From the NCBI GenBank assembly GCA_038087875.1, contig CM075990.1, forward strand, positions 17,920,001-17,984,000: 64,000 nt of DNA, written 5' to 3'. Both the position numbers and the translations under genes were made by a program. Of the stretch, positions 1 to 13,139 are shown in pieces (the stretch's first letter is position 1; each line of letters starts with the position of its first letter). This DNA comes from Malacoraja senta (lineage: Eukaryota). The notes beneath the pieces are model-generated. The model made no database searches, had not been told where the DNA came from, and worked only from the letters and a program-made list of their open reading frames with translations.

Positions 1-583
1 AGAATGCGCTGACCGCCGACATCAACACCTCCGGGCTGTGGGACTGCGGAGCGACCAGCGGTGCCGACTCCAACATCGGGAGCCTCGTGGCTCCAAATCG
101 TGGCTCCAAATCGGCGCGGCCCTGTCGGCTTCAGGTGACATCGACTCCGCTGGGAGGACTCTCCCGACGGCCAGGAACATTGGGCCTCCGTAGAGGCAAC
201 TGTGGTGGCCTCGATGGGCCTGACTCTGGGGAGAACTGGGTTGGGGACTGGACATTGTGCCTTCCCCCACAGTGGTGGTCATTGTGGGGGGATGATTTCT
301 GTGTGCTGTGCCTGTTAGTCCGTGTACAAGATGGCGGTCGGAGGGGAGAGTGGACGCTGGCGCGAATTGGTCGCCGCTGCTCTCTCCTCAAATTGTGTTT
401 CTTATTTTCTTTTGGTGCTCTTGAAATTGAATTCTGTCCTTGATTTGTGTACTGTCGTGTTTTTATATTTAATTTATTCCGATTATGTGTTTTGTATTTT
501 TTTTGTTGTGATTCTATGCATTGTAAGGTGTCCTTGGGTTTTAGAAAGGCGCCAGTAAATAAAATGATTATTATTATTATTAT
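1..583 (+). mobile_element. GC-rich non-autonomous retroposon, 3' part (copy A), L2-like tail
   Basis: GC-rich body, shared stem-loop at 263-292, tail gtaaggtgtccttggg...aaggcgcc..AATAAA followed by (ATT)n. Confidence 0.55.
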
Positions 584-660
584 AAAGATCGCCAGTCAGA
601 AAAGCATCATTCCACCACTACAATCTTGTGGTCAATAGGTAAACCAGATTTGAATCAAAA

Positions 661-1100
661 CTACCTAGTCACCCAGTGGATTTTATGCAACTTAATCTTA
701 TGGATTAGCCTATCATGAGGGACATTGTAATATGCCTTACTCAAGTCCATGTAGGGAACATCCACTACTTTATCCTCATCAATCACCTTCATCTCCCCCT
801 CAAAAATCTCAATCAAATTTGTCAGACATGACCTGCCACAGGCAAAGCCATGCTGATTGTTCCTACTTAGCCCATTCTCTTCCAAATGAAAGCAAGTCCG
901 CTTGAGCTGTAAATAACCTCCCTACCACTGAAGTGAGGCTCACTAGCTTATAATTCCCTTATTCATCCATGTTTCCCTTCTTAAATAATGGTGTAACATT
1001 GGCTTCTCTCCTGATTTCCAGGACCTCATCTGTGGCTAGATAGCATATAAAGATTCAAGTCAAAGCCCCAGCAATCTCCTCTTTGCCTCTCTCAATAACC
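661..1100 (-). mobile_element. CR1 LINE ORF2 fragment
   Basis: Degenerate QHGF..GRSCLTNLIE..D.SKAY RT motifs (ORF 661-885). Confidence 0.85.
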
Positions 1101-1781
1101 TGACGTGGGCAAGTGGCAGAGTCAGAGTGGTTGATGGGAATGCGGGGAAAATAAAAATAGGATTAATTACAAATAGATGCTTGATGGTCAGGTAGAAATA
1201 TAAATAAAATAATTCCTGCTCCTATTTAAGTGTGTTCTTGCGTATTCTCGTGCTTATTAGTAGGTGTACATTTGGTGGGTTAAAGTTCTTGCTGTGCTGT
1301 ATGACACATATAAATCCAGATAAGTAGTTCACATTTGATTACAGCAGTTACCATATTTTTATTTCCTTGAATTATGTACATTTAAAAAATTCTGTTCAGG
1401 AAACCCTACGTGTGAGGGGAGGTTGCGTTCCTAGAAAATGGCAAAAACTGTCATGATTTTCCCTAATGCAAAGCTGTCAACTGCACATGCGTCAAGAAAT
1501 GAGAATTGAAAACATTTTGTTTAGATATATTGATTTTTTATCACAAATTCCACGAGATTGTATTTTATTCATTACCTCTCATTTTTGAACAGTAATGTAT
1601 AATCTCTAAGGCAAACATCTTTAACCTTAACCCAGCTGTTACTTGGGATCGCCTGTATGTTGAAAATACGAGATTAAGAGATAAATATTTTTTCTGCTAT
1701 TAAATAATCTGCCACATAACATGAAGTAAGATATCTTAGTACAGCCGCCTAAAAATGAGATATCACCATCTGAATACTCAC

Positions 1782-1972
1782 CCACGCCACGGTCATCCAT
1801 CGTAGGATTATCAATCCAGCGCTGGGCTTGCTCAATTTTCCCCTCCAAATTCACTGCTGCTTTTACAGGCCGACTATTGGCCACTGCACGATTTGTTTTC
1901 GTCTGCAGGTTCTGCAATGTGGTTGCAATTTGCTTGGACAAAGCACGGGCTTCAGGGGTGTCACCTTTTCCT
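1782..1972 (-). CDS. vcl: vinculin exon 11 (191 nt)
   Basis: cag|A GGA AAA...GTG G|gtgagt; [64 protein letters not shown]. Confidence 0.97.
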
Positions 1973-2266
1973 CTGGGAAGCACAAAAAGTCATGGTCACA
2001 AATTCATAATACAAAATCATAAGGAGTGATTTAAACAAAATGTTCAAGCTCTGAATGTAAAGTGCATTTAAAGATTAATGAGTGAAATTAATAGTAAATA
2101 CTTTACAGTCACTTTATGGAACTATGTGTACATTTAAGGCTAATTAGGGCAACACACAGGTTATAACCCAGAGTGAGTGTTTCATTCTAAACGGGTAAGA
2201 CTTGATAAGTTTGAGTTTAAACAAAAAATCTTATATCCTGTATTTAGCAATTTTTTTAATACATAC

Positions 2267-2442
2267 TGTCTTCTCAAGTCAGATAGCTTTGCAGTCAGTA
2301 CTCCTATTTCATTCATTGAGCGCAGTATGTCATCACGTTCTTTTGGATCTTCACAAAGATCTGCAATTTTTTTAGCTTCTTTTAAAATACCACGAATATG
2401 CTCTTCTCCTTCTGGTGCTCCATGCGGATCAGCCAGCCAACT
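2267..2442 (-). CDS. vcl: vinculin exon 10 (176 nt)
   Basis: tag|AGT TGG CTG...AGA CA|gtatgt; [59 protein letters not shown]. Confidence 0.97.
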
Positions 2443-2659
2443 CTAAATAAAACGCAAAGCCATATTGGATTGTGTAAATAAGCTCAAGAAAAATGTTATA
2501 CATTTTAATGTTACCGCTCTTCTTTGATAATCCCAATGCACATAATTCTGCTCCTATTTTGTTGATACATGCTCTGATTTTTAAATTCTAACAATTCTCA
2601 TGGAAATAATTAACCCATTTACTATTTCTTAAATCATCAACAGGCAATTTGTGAACGTC

Positions 2660-4010
2660 AGAGGTGGCAGAGAGACCTGACAGGTGTATATAAAATTATG
2701 AGCGGCTATGATTGGGTCGACTATCAGAACCTTCTTCCCGGAGTGGAAATAAAAAAAACAGGCGAGCATAACTTTAAGATAAGAGGGGCAAAGTCATAGG
2801 AGCAGAAGTAGGCCATTCGGCCCATATAGTCTACTCCGCCATTCAATCATGGCTGATCTATCTTTCCCTCTCAGCCCCATTCCCTGCCTTCTTTCTGTAA
2901 CCTTTGACACTCTTACTAAGTCAAGTACCAGCCAATCTCCATTTCAAAAATACCCAAAGACTTGGCCTCCACAGCCAATGCATTCCTATGGTAATGAATT
3001 CCAAGTTTAAAGATGTGATGGGCAATTGTTTTCTTTACACAGAAGGTGGTGGATTCCTGAAAAAAAGTTGCAAAGGGTGACAATAAGCAATTGGTGCAGG
3101 AGTAGACCTTCGGCCCGAGCCAGCACCGCCACTCAATGTGATCATGGCTGATCATCCACAATCAGTACCCCGTTCCTGGCTTCTCTCCATATCCCTTAAT
3201 TCCGCTATCCTCAAGAGCTCTATCTAACTCTCTCTTGAAAGCATCCAGAGAACCGCCCTGTGAGGCAGAGAATACCACACACTCACAACTCTGTGTGAAA
3301 AGGTTTTTCCTCATCTCTGTTTTAAATGGCTTACCACTTATTCTTAAACTTTGGCCTCTGGTTCTGGACTCCCCCAACATTGGGAACATGTTTCCTGCCT
3401 TTAGCGTGTCCAAACCCTTAACAATCTTATATGTTTCATCCTCTCATCCTAAATTCAGAGTATACAAGCCCAGCTGCTCCAATCTATGAATGAATGAATG
3501 AACACATGACAGTCCTGCCATCCCTGGAATTAATCTGGTGAACCTACACTGCACTCCCTCAATAGCAAGAATGTCCTTCCTAAAGTTTGGAGACCAAAAC
3601 TGCACACAATACTTCAGGTGTGGTCTCACTATGGCCCTGTACAACTGCAGAAGGACCTCTTAGCTCCTCTACTCAACTCCTCGTGTTATGAAGACCAAAA
3701 TGCCATTCGCTTTCTTCACTGCCTGCTGTACCTTGTGATTGATGAACAAGGACCCCCAGATCCTGTTGTACTTCCCCTTGATACCATTTAGATAATAATC
3801 TGCCTTCCTGTTTTTGCCACCAAAGTGGGTAGTGGTGGAGGCACATAGGGTAATGGTGTTTGAGGCTTTTACATGGCACATGGATATGCAGGAAAAGGAA
3901 GGAGATGGATCACATGCAGGCAGAGGAGATTAGTTTAACCTGGCATCATGTTTGGCACAGATATTGTGGGCCAAAGGGCCTGTTTCAATGCTACTGTTCT
4001 ATGCTCTATG
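2660..4010. mobile_element. cluster of nested CR1 3'-end fragments (main piece 3085-3830 on minus)
   Basis: VRPHLKYCVQFWSP and GESRTRGQSLRI motifs on minus, with plus-strand CR1 3' fragments flanking. Confidence 0.85.
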
Positions 4011-4784
4011 TTCAATCAACTCCCCAAGGAAAATACACATGGGCCAGATCTAGTGAAACAATGGCCTTGGCTTATTCTATGCTGGAGCATCTCAATGGTT
4101 CAAGCAGGGAAGTTGACAGAAAATATTTCAAGTCGGGACTTTTCTACATTATGTCCATTCCCTCCACAGATGCTGCGTGACCTACTAGGTTCCTCCAGTA
4201 CTTCGCTTTTTGAATAAATTATATGATGCAAAAATTAATTTTCATGGAACTACACAATATTTTCATACATGGATGCACTCATCCATCTAAATGTGAGTAT
4301 GGTAGAACAGAGTCAATCCTGGAAAGATCTCTGCAAAGAGTTGCTGACCTGTAAGGATCCAAAACATGCCAATGCCTGGAAATGTTGCCAATAACTTTGC
4401 GTTACTTTGCAGATCTTTTCTCGATTTGAATACGATAACCACTGAACTGACTGACTGTTCTTCAACGTGGTTCAATACCAGTGTTGAATAATGACCCGTT
4501 GTAAAGCTGTCAACAATGCTAGCTCAAATTTGGGAAAGAATGTGAATAAACAAACACTTTTCTGGATCTCTGTTGCATCCACTGGCTGTTTCTAAAGTAA
4601 GTGACATCAAGATTTGCAAATAAGAAATTGCCCCTTGGTTTAGATTTGAAACAGATGCTCAGCTTTACACAGCAGTAAAATGGGAAAGCAGATAAAATCT
4701 TCTCTAGAAATATTAGCAAGTCACAAATTCAAAAAACATAGATTAATTTTAACCTGCATATCTGGCATTGCAAGATTCCAATAC

Positions 4785-6184
4785 TATAACCATATAACCA
4801 TTACAGCACGGAAACAGGCCATCTCGGCCCTTCAAGTCCGTGCCGATTTTTTTTCTCCCTTCTTTCTTCTTACTTCCCCCTAGTCCCATCTACCTTCACT
4901 CAGACCATATCCCTCCATTCCTTTGCCGTCCATATACCCATCCAATCTATTTATAAAGGATAAAATCGAACCTGCCTCCACCACTTCCACTGGAAGCTCA
5001 TTCCACACAGCTACCACTCTCTGAGTAAAGAAATTCCCCCTAATGTTACCCCTGAACCTCTGTCCCTTAATTCTCAAGTCATGTCCCCTTGTTTGAATCT
5101 TCCCTACTCTCAATGGGAAAAGCTTATCCATGTCAACCCTGTCTAACCCGCTCATAATTTTAAAGACCTCTATCAAGTCCCCTCTTAACCTTCTGCGCTC
5201 CAAAGAATAAAGACCTAACTTGTTCAACCTTTCTCTGTAACTTAGTTGCTGAAACCCAGGCAACATTCCAGTAAATCTCCTCTGTACTCTCTCTATTTTG
5301 TTGACATCCTTCCTATAATTAGGCGACCAAAATTGTACTCCATACTCCAGAATTGGCCTCACCAATGCCTTGTACAATTTTAACATTACATCCCAACTTC
5401 TATATTCAATGCTCTGATTTATAAAGGCCAGCACACCAAAAGCTTTCTTTACCACCCTATCTACATGAGATTCCACCTTCAGGGAACTATGCACAGTTAT
5501 TCCTAGATCCCTCTGTTCAACTGCATTCCTCAATTCGCTACCATTTACCATGTACGTCCTATTTTGATTTGTCCTGCCGAGATGTAGCACCTCACATTTA
5601 TCAGCATTAAACTCCATCTGCCATCTTTCAGCCCACTCTTCCAAATGGTCTAAATCTCTCTGTAGACTTTGAAAACCTACTTCATTATCCACAACACCAC
5701 CTATCTTAGTATCATCTGCATACTTACTAATCCAATTTTCCACACCATCATCCAGATCATTGATGTACATGACCAACAACAGTGGACCCAACACAGACCC
5801 CTGAGGTACCCCACTAGTCACCGGCCTCCAACCTGACAAACAGCCATCCACCATTACTCTCTGGCATCTCCCATTCAGCCACTGTTGAATCCATCTTGCT
5901 ACTCCACCATTAATACCCAACAATTGAATCTTCTTAACCAACCTTCCATGAGGAACCTTGTCAAAGGCCTTACTGAAGTCCATATAGACAACATCCACTG
6001 CTTTACCCTCATCAATTTCCCTAGTAACCTCTTTGAAAAATTCAAGAAGATTAGTCAAACATGACCTTCCAGGCACAAATCCATGTTGACTGTTCCTAAT
6101 CAGACCCTGCTTATCCAGATGCTTATATATATTATCTCTAAGTATCCTTTCCATTAATTTGCCCACCACTGACGTCAAACTAAC
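4785..6184 (-). mobile_element. young 5'-truncated CR1 LINE with an open 432-codon RT/C-terminal ORF (4880-6178)
   Basis: QHGF, GVPQGSVLGP, YADD and C-terminal CR1 motifs with no stops; 3' tail of short (ATATGGTT)-type repeats. Confidence 0.95.
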
Positions 6185-6256
6185 TCAGCTTTAAAACATC
6201 TTTATCTGCATATGAACTTTCAGATGAAGCTGAATCCGAGAATATAAGAATATTAC

Positions 6257-6410
6257 CTGAGCGGCATCGATTTTCTTAGCAATGGCCTGCTTTGAGTTAG
6301 TCATGGCTTCCAGTTTCCTGGCTGCATTTTCCACTTTTGCTGTTAACATATCCAGCCCTTGGGATATTTGCTGTGATTTCTGCATGGCAATAGGTGTGGC
6401 ACCTTGACCT
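6257..6410 (-). CDS. vcl: vinculin exon 9 (154 nt)
   Basis: tag|A GGT CAA...GCT CAG|gtaata; [51 protein letters not shown]. Confidence 0.97.
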
Positions 6411-6704
6411 CTACAGTTAAAAATTACACCCAATATTATTGGCGGTCTTTTATATACACAACACAAATCAAAACTGTATGTGGTTTGCAGGGCAAATTTT
6501 CTATGCAGCTGATTATTGTAATTACTCATTGGTTTTTACTGACTACATTGATTATTTCTTCTTATTACAACATGGAGTTATCGTAAGAACAATTGCTAAA
6601 TGAATTGTCTTTGTACTTCAAATATACAATAGTACTGTACCAAATAAAGTAAAATTGTTTAATTATTTCAACAGTCAAGTTTTTAAGTATCTAATTCACG
6701 TTAC

Positions 6705-6852
6705 CTAGCTCGAAGTTCAGATACTTGGTCAGTCATCTGAGCCAGAGCCCTGCTGGTACCCAGAATCTCCCTCCTCTCCTTGCCTGCACACAGTTCACCA
6801 ACCTTACCAGCTTCATCCAATATTTGTTTGATGGCTTGCTCTCCAGCATCAC
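6705..6852 (-). CDS. vcl: vinculin exon 8 (148 nt)
   Basis: tag|GT GAT GCT...GCT AG|gtaacg; [49 protein letters not shown]. Confidence 0.97.
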
Positions 6853-6999
6853 CTAAGTCACACAGCAGATCAGATAAACCTCTCAAAACTCAATAGTCTC
6901 ATTCAGTCAATAAAAGAAAATATTTGGCAACATAATATTTCAGGATGTTAGACAAGTGAAATACTTGAAATTTTTAGTACCACCAATTATTATTATTAC

Positions 7000-7090
7000 C
7001 TGGAGGTGCATTAGGATCTCTTAGCCAGTTTTTAGCCTGGTTTTTCTTTGAGTCGATCATAGCTAGAGCTCTTCTCATGGTCTCAGTGTC
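7000..7090 (-). CDS. vcl: vinculin exon 7 (91 nt)
   Basis: cag|GAC ACT GAG...CCT CCA G|gtaata; [31 protein letters not shown]. Absent from the ORF track. Confidence 0.96.
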
Positions 7091-7619
7091 CTGTTCAAAT
7101 AGACATCAGTCAAGAATATGCTATCAATTAAAAGATCAAGAACAGAAGAAAGAACGGCACTCAAATTAAAAATTAAGTCCTCTCTAATGTTAGAAAAAAA
7201 ACTCAACACATATTGTTTTTTGTCCCCCTCTGGCTGATTATAACAAGTTAGAATTTTTCAAAGTCTGAAAATTTGGATTCACTCCTACCTTCAAGTGAAA
7301 AATAACATTTGTAACAGAATGGCAAATGATTCCTCATTATGGAAGTTAAAAACGCCAATAATTGCCTCAAAACAAATAGTTGCACACATATAAAAACTTC
7401 TAACATGTTTCTGATTATTGTCAATTCTGAACACCTTCCACTAAAATAATAGGACTACGTACCAATTAGAATTACATAGTTTATGAAGATGTGCTGTTAG
7501 ATTTTTTTTTATAACAACATTCATCATAACTTTTTGGTGTGAAAAGGTACACAAATTCATGAAAAGTCGATGATTTAGTTAGTGGAAGCTGTAATTTGAA
7601 TGTTACTGATTTTTAAATA

Positions 7620-8387
7620 CCGTATTTCCCAGCATCGAAGAAGCTATTTTTTACCCTACAATAAGGCCCTGAAAAATCACCTGGGTCTTGGAGGCCGAAG
7701 GGTAGGTTATTCTCGGCCCTTAGCTGCAGCAAGTAAGAATTTCATTGTTCCATTGCCAGTATAGTATGACAATTAAAAAACTCTTGAATCTTGCGATAAA
7801 GGAAATTGGTGGTGGGGAGAAGATGGGATACACAGAGGTTGTTGTAAATTAAATCTTTCTTTCAAAATTAATTATTTCCAGACGGTGGTGGTGGTGGCGG
7901 TGGACGGAGGGGAGGAACGGTGCCGGTGAGTGGGCTGGGGGCTTGGAGGCGCTCTGACGGTTCCATGGTCAGCTGCGGGAGGTGATCTGGGTCACAGAGG
8001 CAGAGCAGAGGCCGTGGGATGCAAGAAAACAGTGCGTCGAAAATCGAGGTGTTGGTGGAGTGGGCCGCTGGAGGCCCCGCAGCAGCCTGGGGCTCTATTG
8101 AATCGGGCGCTGCACAGAGGCTGAGCGCACGGATCGGATGTGGCCTGCAGCGGCACGGAACGGCAGAGCAGCGGTGGAGGACATCGACAACGTCGAAATG
8201 CTATTCTATTCCAAACTCTGTTTTTTTTTAAATCACCGGTATATACATTATCTTTGTTTTATATGAAAACAATACGCAATGCAAAACAATATGCAATGCA
8301 AAAAGCCGCCACAATGGCAAATGTTTTTCCCCCCCCAAAATTTAGCAACTCAAAAGGGGGGTGCGTCTTCGTCGCCAGGAAATACGG
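7620..8387. mobile_element. Tc1/mariner-superfamily (Tc2/pogo-like) MITE
   Basis: TA target duplication at 7618-7619 and 8388-8389; imperfect TIRs CCGTATTTCCCAGCATCGAAGAAGC / CCGTATTTCCTGGCGACGAAGACGC. Confidence 0.8.
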
Positions 8388-8574
8388 TATTGTAATATAT
8401 ATTTTTGAATTATTTATATCAATTTATTTTCAATACATAGATACATAGAAAATAGGTGCAGGAGTAGCCAGCTGGCCCATTCAACGTGATCATGGCTGAT
8501 CATCCACAACAGTACCCCGTTCCTGCTTTCTCCCCATATCCCTTAATTCCGCTAGCCCAAGTAGCTCTATATAA

Positions 8575-8955
8575 AGGGGGGGGGGAGAAGGGGGGGGGAG
8601 AAGTGAGGGGGGAGAAGGGGGGGAGAGGAAGAAGGGGGGAGAGGAAGAAGGGGGGGAGAGGAAGAAGGGGGGAGAGGAAGAAGGGGGGAGAGGAAGAAGG
8701 GGGGGAGAGGAAGAAGGGGGGAGAGGAAGAAGGGGGGAGAGGAAGAAGGGGGGGAGAGGAAGAAGGGGGGGAGAGGAAGAAGGGGGGAGAGGAAGAAGGG
8801 GGGGAGAGGAAGAAGGGGGGAGAGGAAGAAGGGGGGGAGAGGAAGAAGGGGGGGAGAGGAAGAAGGGGGGGAGAGGAAGAAGGGGGGGAGAGGAAGAAGG
8901 GGGGGAGAGGAAGAAGGGGGGAGAGGAAGAAGGGGGGGAGGGAGAAGAAGGAGTG
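8575..8955 (+). repeat. polypurine minisatellite, about (GAGGAAGAAGGGGGGA)n
   Basis: About 380 nt of almost pure A/G with variable G-run length; explains spurious ORFs 8486-8968 and 8567-9004. Confidence 0.95.
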
Positions 8956-8984
8956 GAGAAACTTTTAAGAAGCCAGACAACTTT

Positions 8985-9622
8985 TGATAAAGTTTAGCGG
9001 GCATTTAACATTACCGGTCGGTTTTCCTTGGTTCTGAAAACTCCAATGAGCCAATTAGAATGCTCGGTCAGCAAAGGAGATTGCCTACGGCTACCCCGAC
9101 TGCCTGTAACTACATAGCAACCCCACTACCACTGCACTACAACCTCGCCGACCAATTTTTACTCGCGGAAAATTTTTCAGCATACTGAAATATTTTCCTC
9201 GACCAAACTGAGGCCGCGAGTACGCGGGAACTTCCCTCGAGCATGAAGTTAGGAACCTGTCCCACTGCGGAGACCTAATTTGCGAGATTAAAAGAGTTTG
9301 CCCTCGATTCATACTTGCAGCATGGTCTATATAACTCTCCTTCATGCTCGAGTAGTCCCCGCATACTCGAGGCCTCAGTTTGGTCGAGGCGTTTTTTTTT
9401 TAGCATGCTGAAAAGTGTCCGTGAGTCAAAAAAGGTCGGCATGGGAAAAAAATCTATATTTTTTTTACTCCTAGGTTAGTCGAAGTAGGCCGGCATGTTA
9501 TTCGTAGGTAATCGAAGGCAATCAAAGATAATCGAGGGTAGTTGAAGGTAATCGAAGGTAATCGAAAGAAGTCGTAGATAGTGTTAGTTAGACTATACTA
9601 AGGTAGTCGAAGGTGGTCGTCT
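8985..9622. mobile_element. fragments of a Harbinger-type MITE related to 11872-12535
   Basis: Shares aagtttagcgggcatttaac...gagattgcctacgg...ttttactcgc with 12156-12410; TIR-like cctgtcccac...acctaatttgcgag at about 9257. Confidence 0.65.
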
Positions 9623-11520
9623 TCAAAATTCCAGTGAATACAAGCCCAGTCGTTCCATTCTTTCATCATATGACAGTCCCGCCATCCCAGGAATTAACCT
9701 CGTGAACCTACGCTGCACTCCCTCAATAGCAAGATTGTCCTTCCTCAAATTAGGAAACCAAAACTGCACACAATACTCTAGGTGTGGTCTCTGCAGAAAA
9801 CTGCAGAAGGATCTCTTTGCTCCTATACTCAAATCCTCTCGTTATGAAGGCCAACATGCCATTAGCTTTCTTCACTGCCTGGTGTACCTGCATGTTTACT
9901 TTCAGTGACTGATGTACAAGGACACCCAGGTCTCGTTACACTTCCCCTTTTCCTAATCTGACAGCATTCAAATAATAATCTGCCTACTTGTTCTTGCCAC
10001 CAAAGTGGATAACCTCACATTTATCCACATTATACCACATCTGCCATGCATCTGTCCACTCACCCAACCTATCCAAGTCACCCTGCATCCTCATAGAATC
10101 CTCTTCACAGTTCACACTGCCACCCAGCTTTGTGTCATCTGCAAATTTGCTAATGTTACTTTTAATTCCTTCATCTAAATCGTTAATATATATTGTAAAT
10201 AGATGAGGTCCCAGCACCGACCCTTGCGGCACCCCACTAGTCACTACCTGGCATTCGGAAAGGGACCCATTAATTCCTACTCTTTGTTTCCTGTTGCAAA
10301 CCAATTTTCTATCCATGTCAATACCCTACCCCCTATACCATGTGCTGTAATCTTGCCCACTAATCTCCTGCGTGACCTTATCAACGGCTTTCTGAAAGTC
10401 CAAATACACTGCATCCACTGGCTCTCTCTTATCAATTTTACTTGTTACATCCTTAAAAAATTCCAGAAGATTAATCAAGCACGATTTCCCCTTTGTAAAT
10501 CCATGCTGACTTGGACCGATCCTGTTACTGCTATCCAAATGCACTGCTATTACCTCTTTAAAAATTGACTTTAGCATCTTCCCCACCATTGATGTCAGGC
10601 TAACGTCTATTATTCCCTGCTTTCTCTCTCCCTCCTTAAAAGGTGGGATAACATTAGCTACAGGAACTGATCCATAATCTATTGAACATTTGAAAATGAT
10701 CACCAATGCGTCACGATTTCTAGAACCACCTCCTTGAGTAAGTATCCTGGGATGCAGACCATCAGGCCCTGGGGATTATCAGCCTTCAGTCCCATTAGTC
10801 TACCCAACACCATTTCCTGACTAATGTGAATTTCCTTCAGTTCCTCCATCACCCTAGATCCTCTGTCCCCTACTACATCTGGGAGATTGGTTCTGTCTTC
10901 ACTAAGGATGATACAAACAAAGTACCTGTTCAACTCGTCTGCCATTTCCTTGTTCCCCATAATAAATTCACCTGTTTCTGTCTTCAAAGGACCCACATTT
11001 GTCTTAACTAATCCTTTCCTTTTCACATACCTAAAGAAGCTTTTACTATCCTCCTTTCTATTCTTGGCCAGCTTACCTTTGTACTTTTCTCCCCGTATTG
11101 CCTTTTAGTTACCTTCAGTTGTTCTTCAAATGTTTCCCAATCCTCTGGCCTCCCGCTCATCTTTGCTATGTAATACGTACTCTCTTTTAGTTTTATACTG
11201 TCGTTGACTTCCCTTGTCAGCCACGGTTGCCTCTTACTCCCCTTAGAATCTTTCCTCCTCTTTGGAATGAAATGATCCTGCATCTTCTGGATTATTCCCA
11301 GAAATTCCTGCTAATGCTGTGCCACCGCCATCCCTGCTAGGGTCCCTTTCCAGTCAACTTTGGCCAGCTCCTCCCTCATGCCTCCATAGGCCCCTTTGTT
11401 CAACTACAATACTGACACTTCTTATTTTATCTTCTCCCTCTCAAATCGCAGATTAAAACTTATCATATTATGGCCACTATCTAATGGTTCATTTACTTTG
11501 AGTTCCCTTATCAAATCCTT
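9623..11520 (-). mobile_element. degenerate CR1 LINE ORF2 fragment
   Basis: Frameshifted pieces with QHGFTKGKSCL, GVPQGSVLGP, FADD and HLEYCVQFW. Confidence 0.92.
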
Positions 11521-11670
11521 ATGAATGTCTCTAAATGTCAAAAGCATTTATTACCCATTAAACTGCTCCACAGCTTTAACCAAGCAAAACACAGGTAGCA
11601 GGACCTCAGCAGAATGTCATTTCAGACTCAAAAGCCATAAAGATGTTTGCTGTCTTACTTCCAAACATGT

Positions 11671-11791
11671 GGGATCATCACTGTAAACATATGGCATCAT
11701 TGCCATAGGCTCTCCAATCAGCACAGATGAGGGATCATCACTGTAAACATATGGCATCATTGCCATAGGCTCTCCAATCAGCACAGATGAG
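11671..11791. repeat. perfect 60-bp tandem duplication
   Basis: gggatcatcactgtaaacatatggcatcattgccataggctctccaatcagcacagatga occurs twice head to tail. Confidence 0.95.
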
Positions 11792-11871
11792 TGCAGGCAT
11801 TGATTCCAGGTGCCAGGTCAGATTCAGCATGACCTGGTACATTGTTCATCAACATTACCACTTAATTCTAA

Positions 11872-12535
11872 AGGGGCTGTCCCATTTGGGCAACCTAATC
11901 TGCGAGTTAAGAAGATTGTCTTCGACCTTCAAGCTCGATGGCACTCGCCTGGAAAACCCTCGAGCTGAATCGACTGTTCGCGTTGAAACCGCGAGCTGGA
12001 TTGACCGACCGCACACACACAAACACATCGCGAAGGCGGGGGCCAGGGAGAGCGGGGGAGCGCTGTCTGCGCGATGAAGAGGAAGGTAAACGGCTGCCAC
12101 AGTGTACGTTAAGTCCTTTAGAGAGTGCGGAAGTGGGAGGGGGGAAGCATAATAAAGTTTAGCGGGCATTTAACCTACCAGTAGGTTTTCCTTGGTCTTG
12201 AAAACTACAACGAGTCAATCAAAATGCCCGGTCAGTGAAGGAGATTGCCTACGGTTGCCCTCGACTGCCTGTAACTAAATAGCGACCCCACTCCACTACG
12301 AGTCAAAAAGAACCATGCCAACCAAATTTTACTCGCAGAAAATGTTTCAACATGCTGAAAAATTTTCCGCGACCTAGCTGAGGCCACGAGTATTCGGGAA
12401 GTTCCCTCAAGCATGAAGGAGAGTTCCAGCGACCTCATAGGACCTCCTAGGACCATGTGTCGACCATGCTGCGAGTTTGAAGGTCGAAGACACTCTTCTA
12501 AACTCGCAGATTAGGTCGCCCGAGGGACAGCCCCT
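11872..12535. mobile_element. PIF/Harbinger-type MITE
   Basis: TAA target duplication (11869-11871, 12536-12538); ~40-bp imperfect TIRs AGGGGCTGTCCC...ACCTAATCTGCGAGTT. Confidence 0.85.
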
Positions 12536-12855
12536 TAACTCACAATTAAGTCAAACTCAGTCATGGTGATGCAGCGTAGAAACAGGCCCTTAGGCCCAAC
12601 TTGCCCATGCTGAGCATCATCTACACTCTTCCCACCTGCCTGCATTTGCCCCATACCCTTCTAAACATATCCTATCCATGTATATGTCCAAACGTCTTTT
12701 AAACCTTGTGATGGTACCTGCTCAACTGCCTCCTCTGGAAGCTCATTCCATATACTCACCGCCTTTTGTGTAAAAAAAAGTTGATCCTCAGGTTCCTATC
12801 AAATCATCAACCGCACCCCCCCCCAACCCCACCTTAAAAATATGTCCTCTGGTTC

Positions 12856-13110
12856 TCAAGTCTCCCAACTGGGTCCTTGGTTATGCTGCTGGCCTTGCCG
12901 AGGCAATGTGGTGTAAATGGAGTCAACGGATGGGAGGTTAGTTTGCGTGATGGTCTGGGCAACATTCACAACTCGTAATTTCTTGCAGTCTTGAATGGAG
13001 TTGTTCCCAAACGATACTGTGATGTATCCCAATGAAATGTTTTCTACGGCACATCTGTAGAGGTTGGTGAGGGTTGTCGGGGACATGCTGAACTTCCTAA
13101 GCCTTCTAAA
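12856..13110 (-). mobile_element. Rex1/Babar-type LINE C-terminal fragment
   Basis: LTNLYRCAVENISLGYITVSFGN motif, similar to ORF 30176-30631. Confidence 0.7.
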
Positions 13111-13139
13111 GGTATTGGTGTGTATTGAATGGATTGGTG

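Noticed and set aside
4880..6178. 432-aa RT ORFs (also 25397-26695) as host genes or a domesticated RT
   Set aside because: They are 5'-truncated CR1 ORF2 with no ATG start, promoter or endonuclease domain, and they carry CR1 tails. The open frames are explained by recent insertion.
8486..9004. Gly/Glu/Lys-rich and Pro/Leu-rich ORFs (also 56429-56806)
   Set aside because: They are translations of low-complexity purine or pyrimidine tracts.
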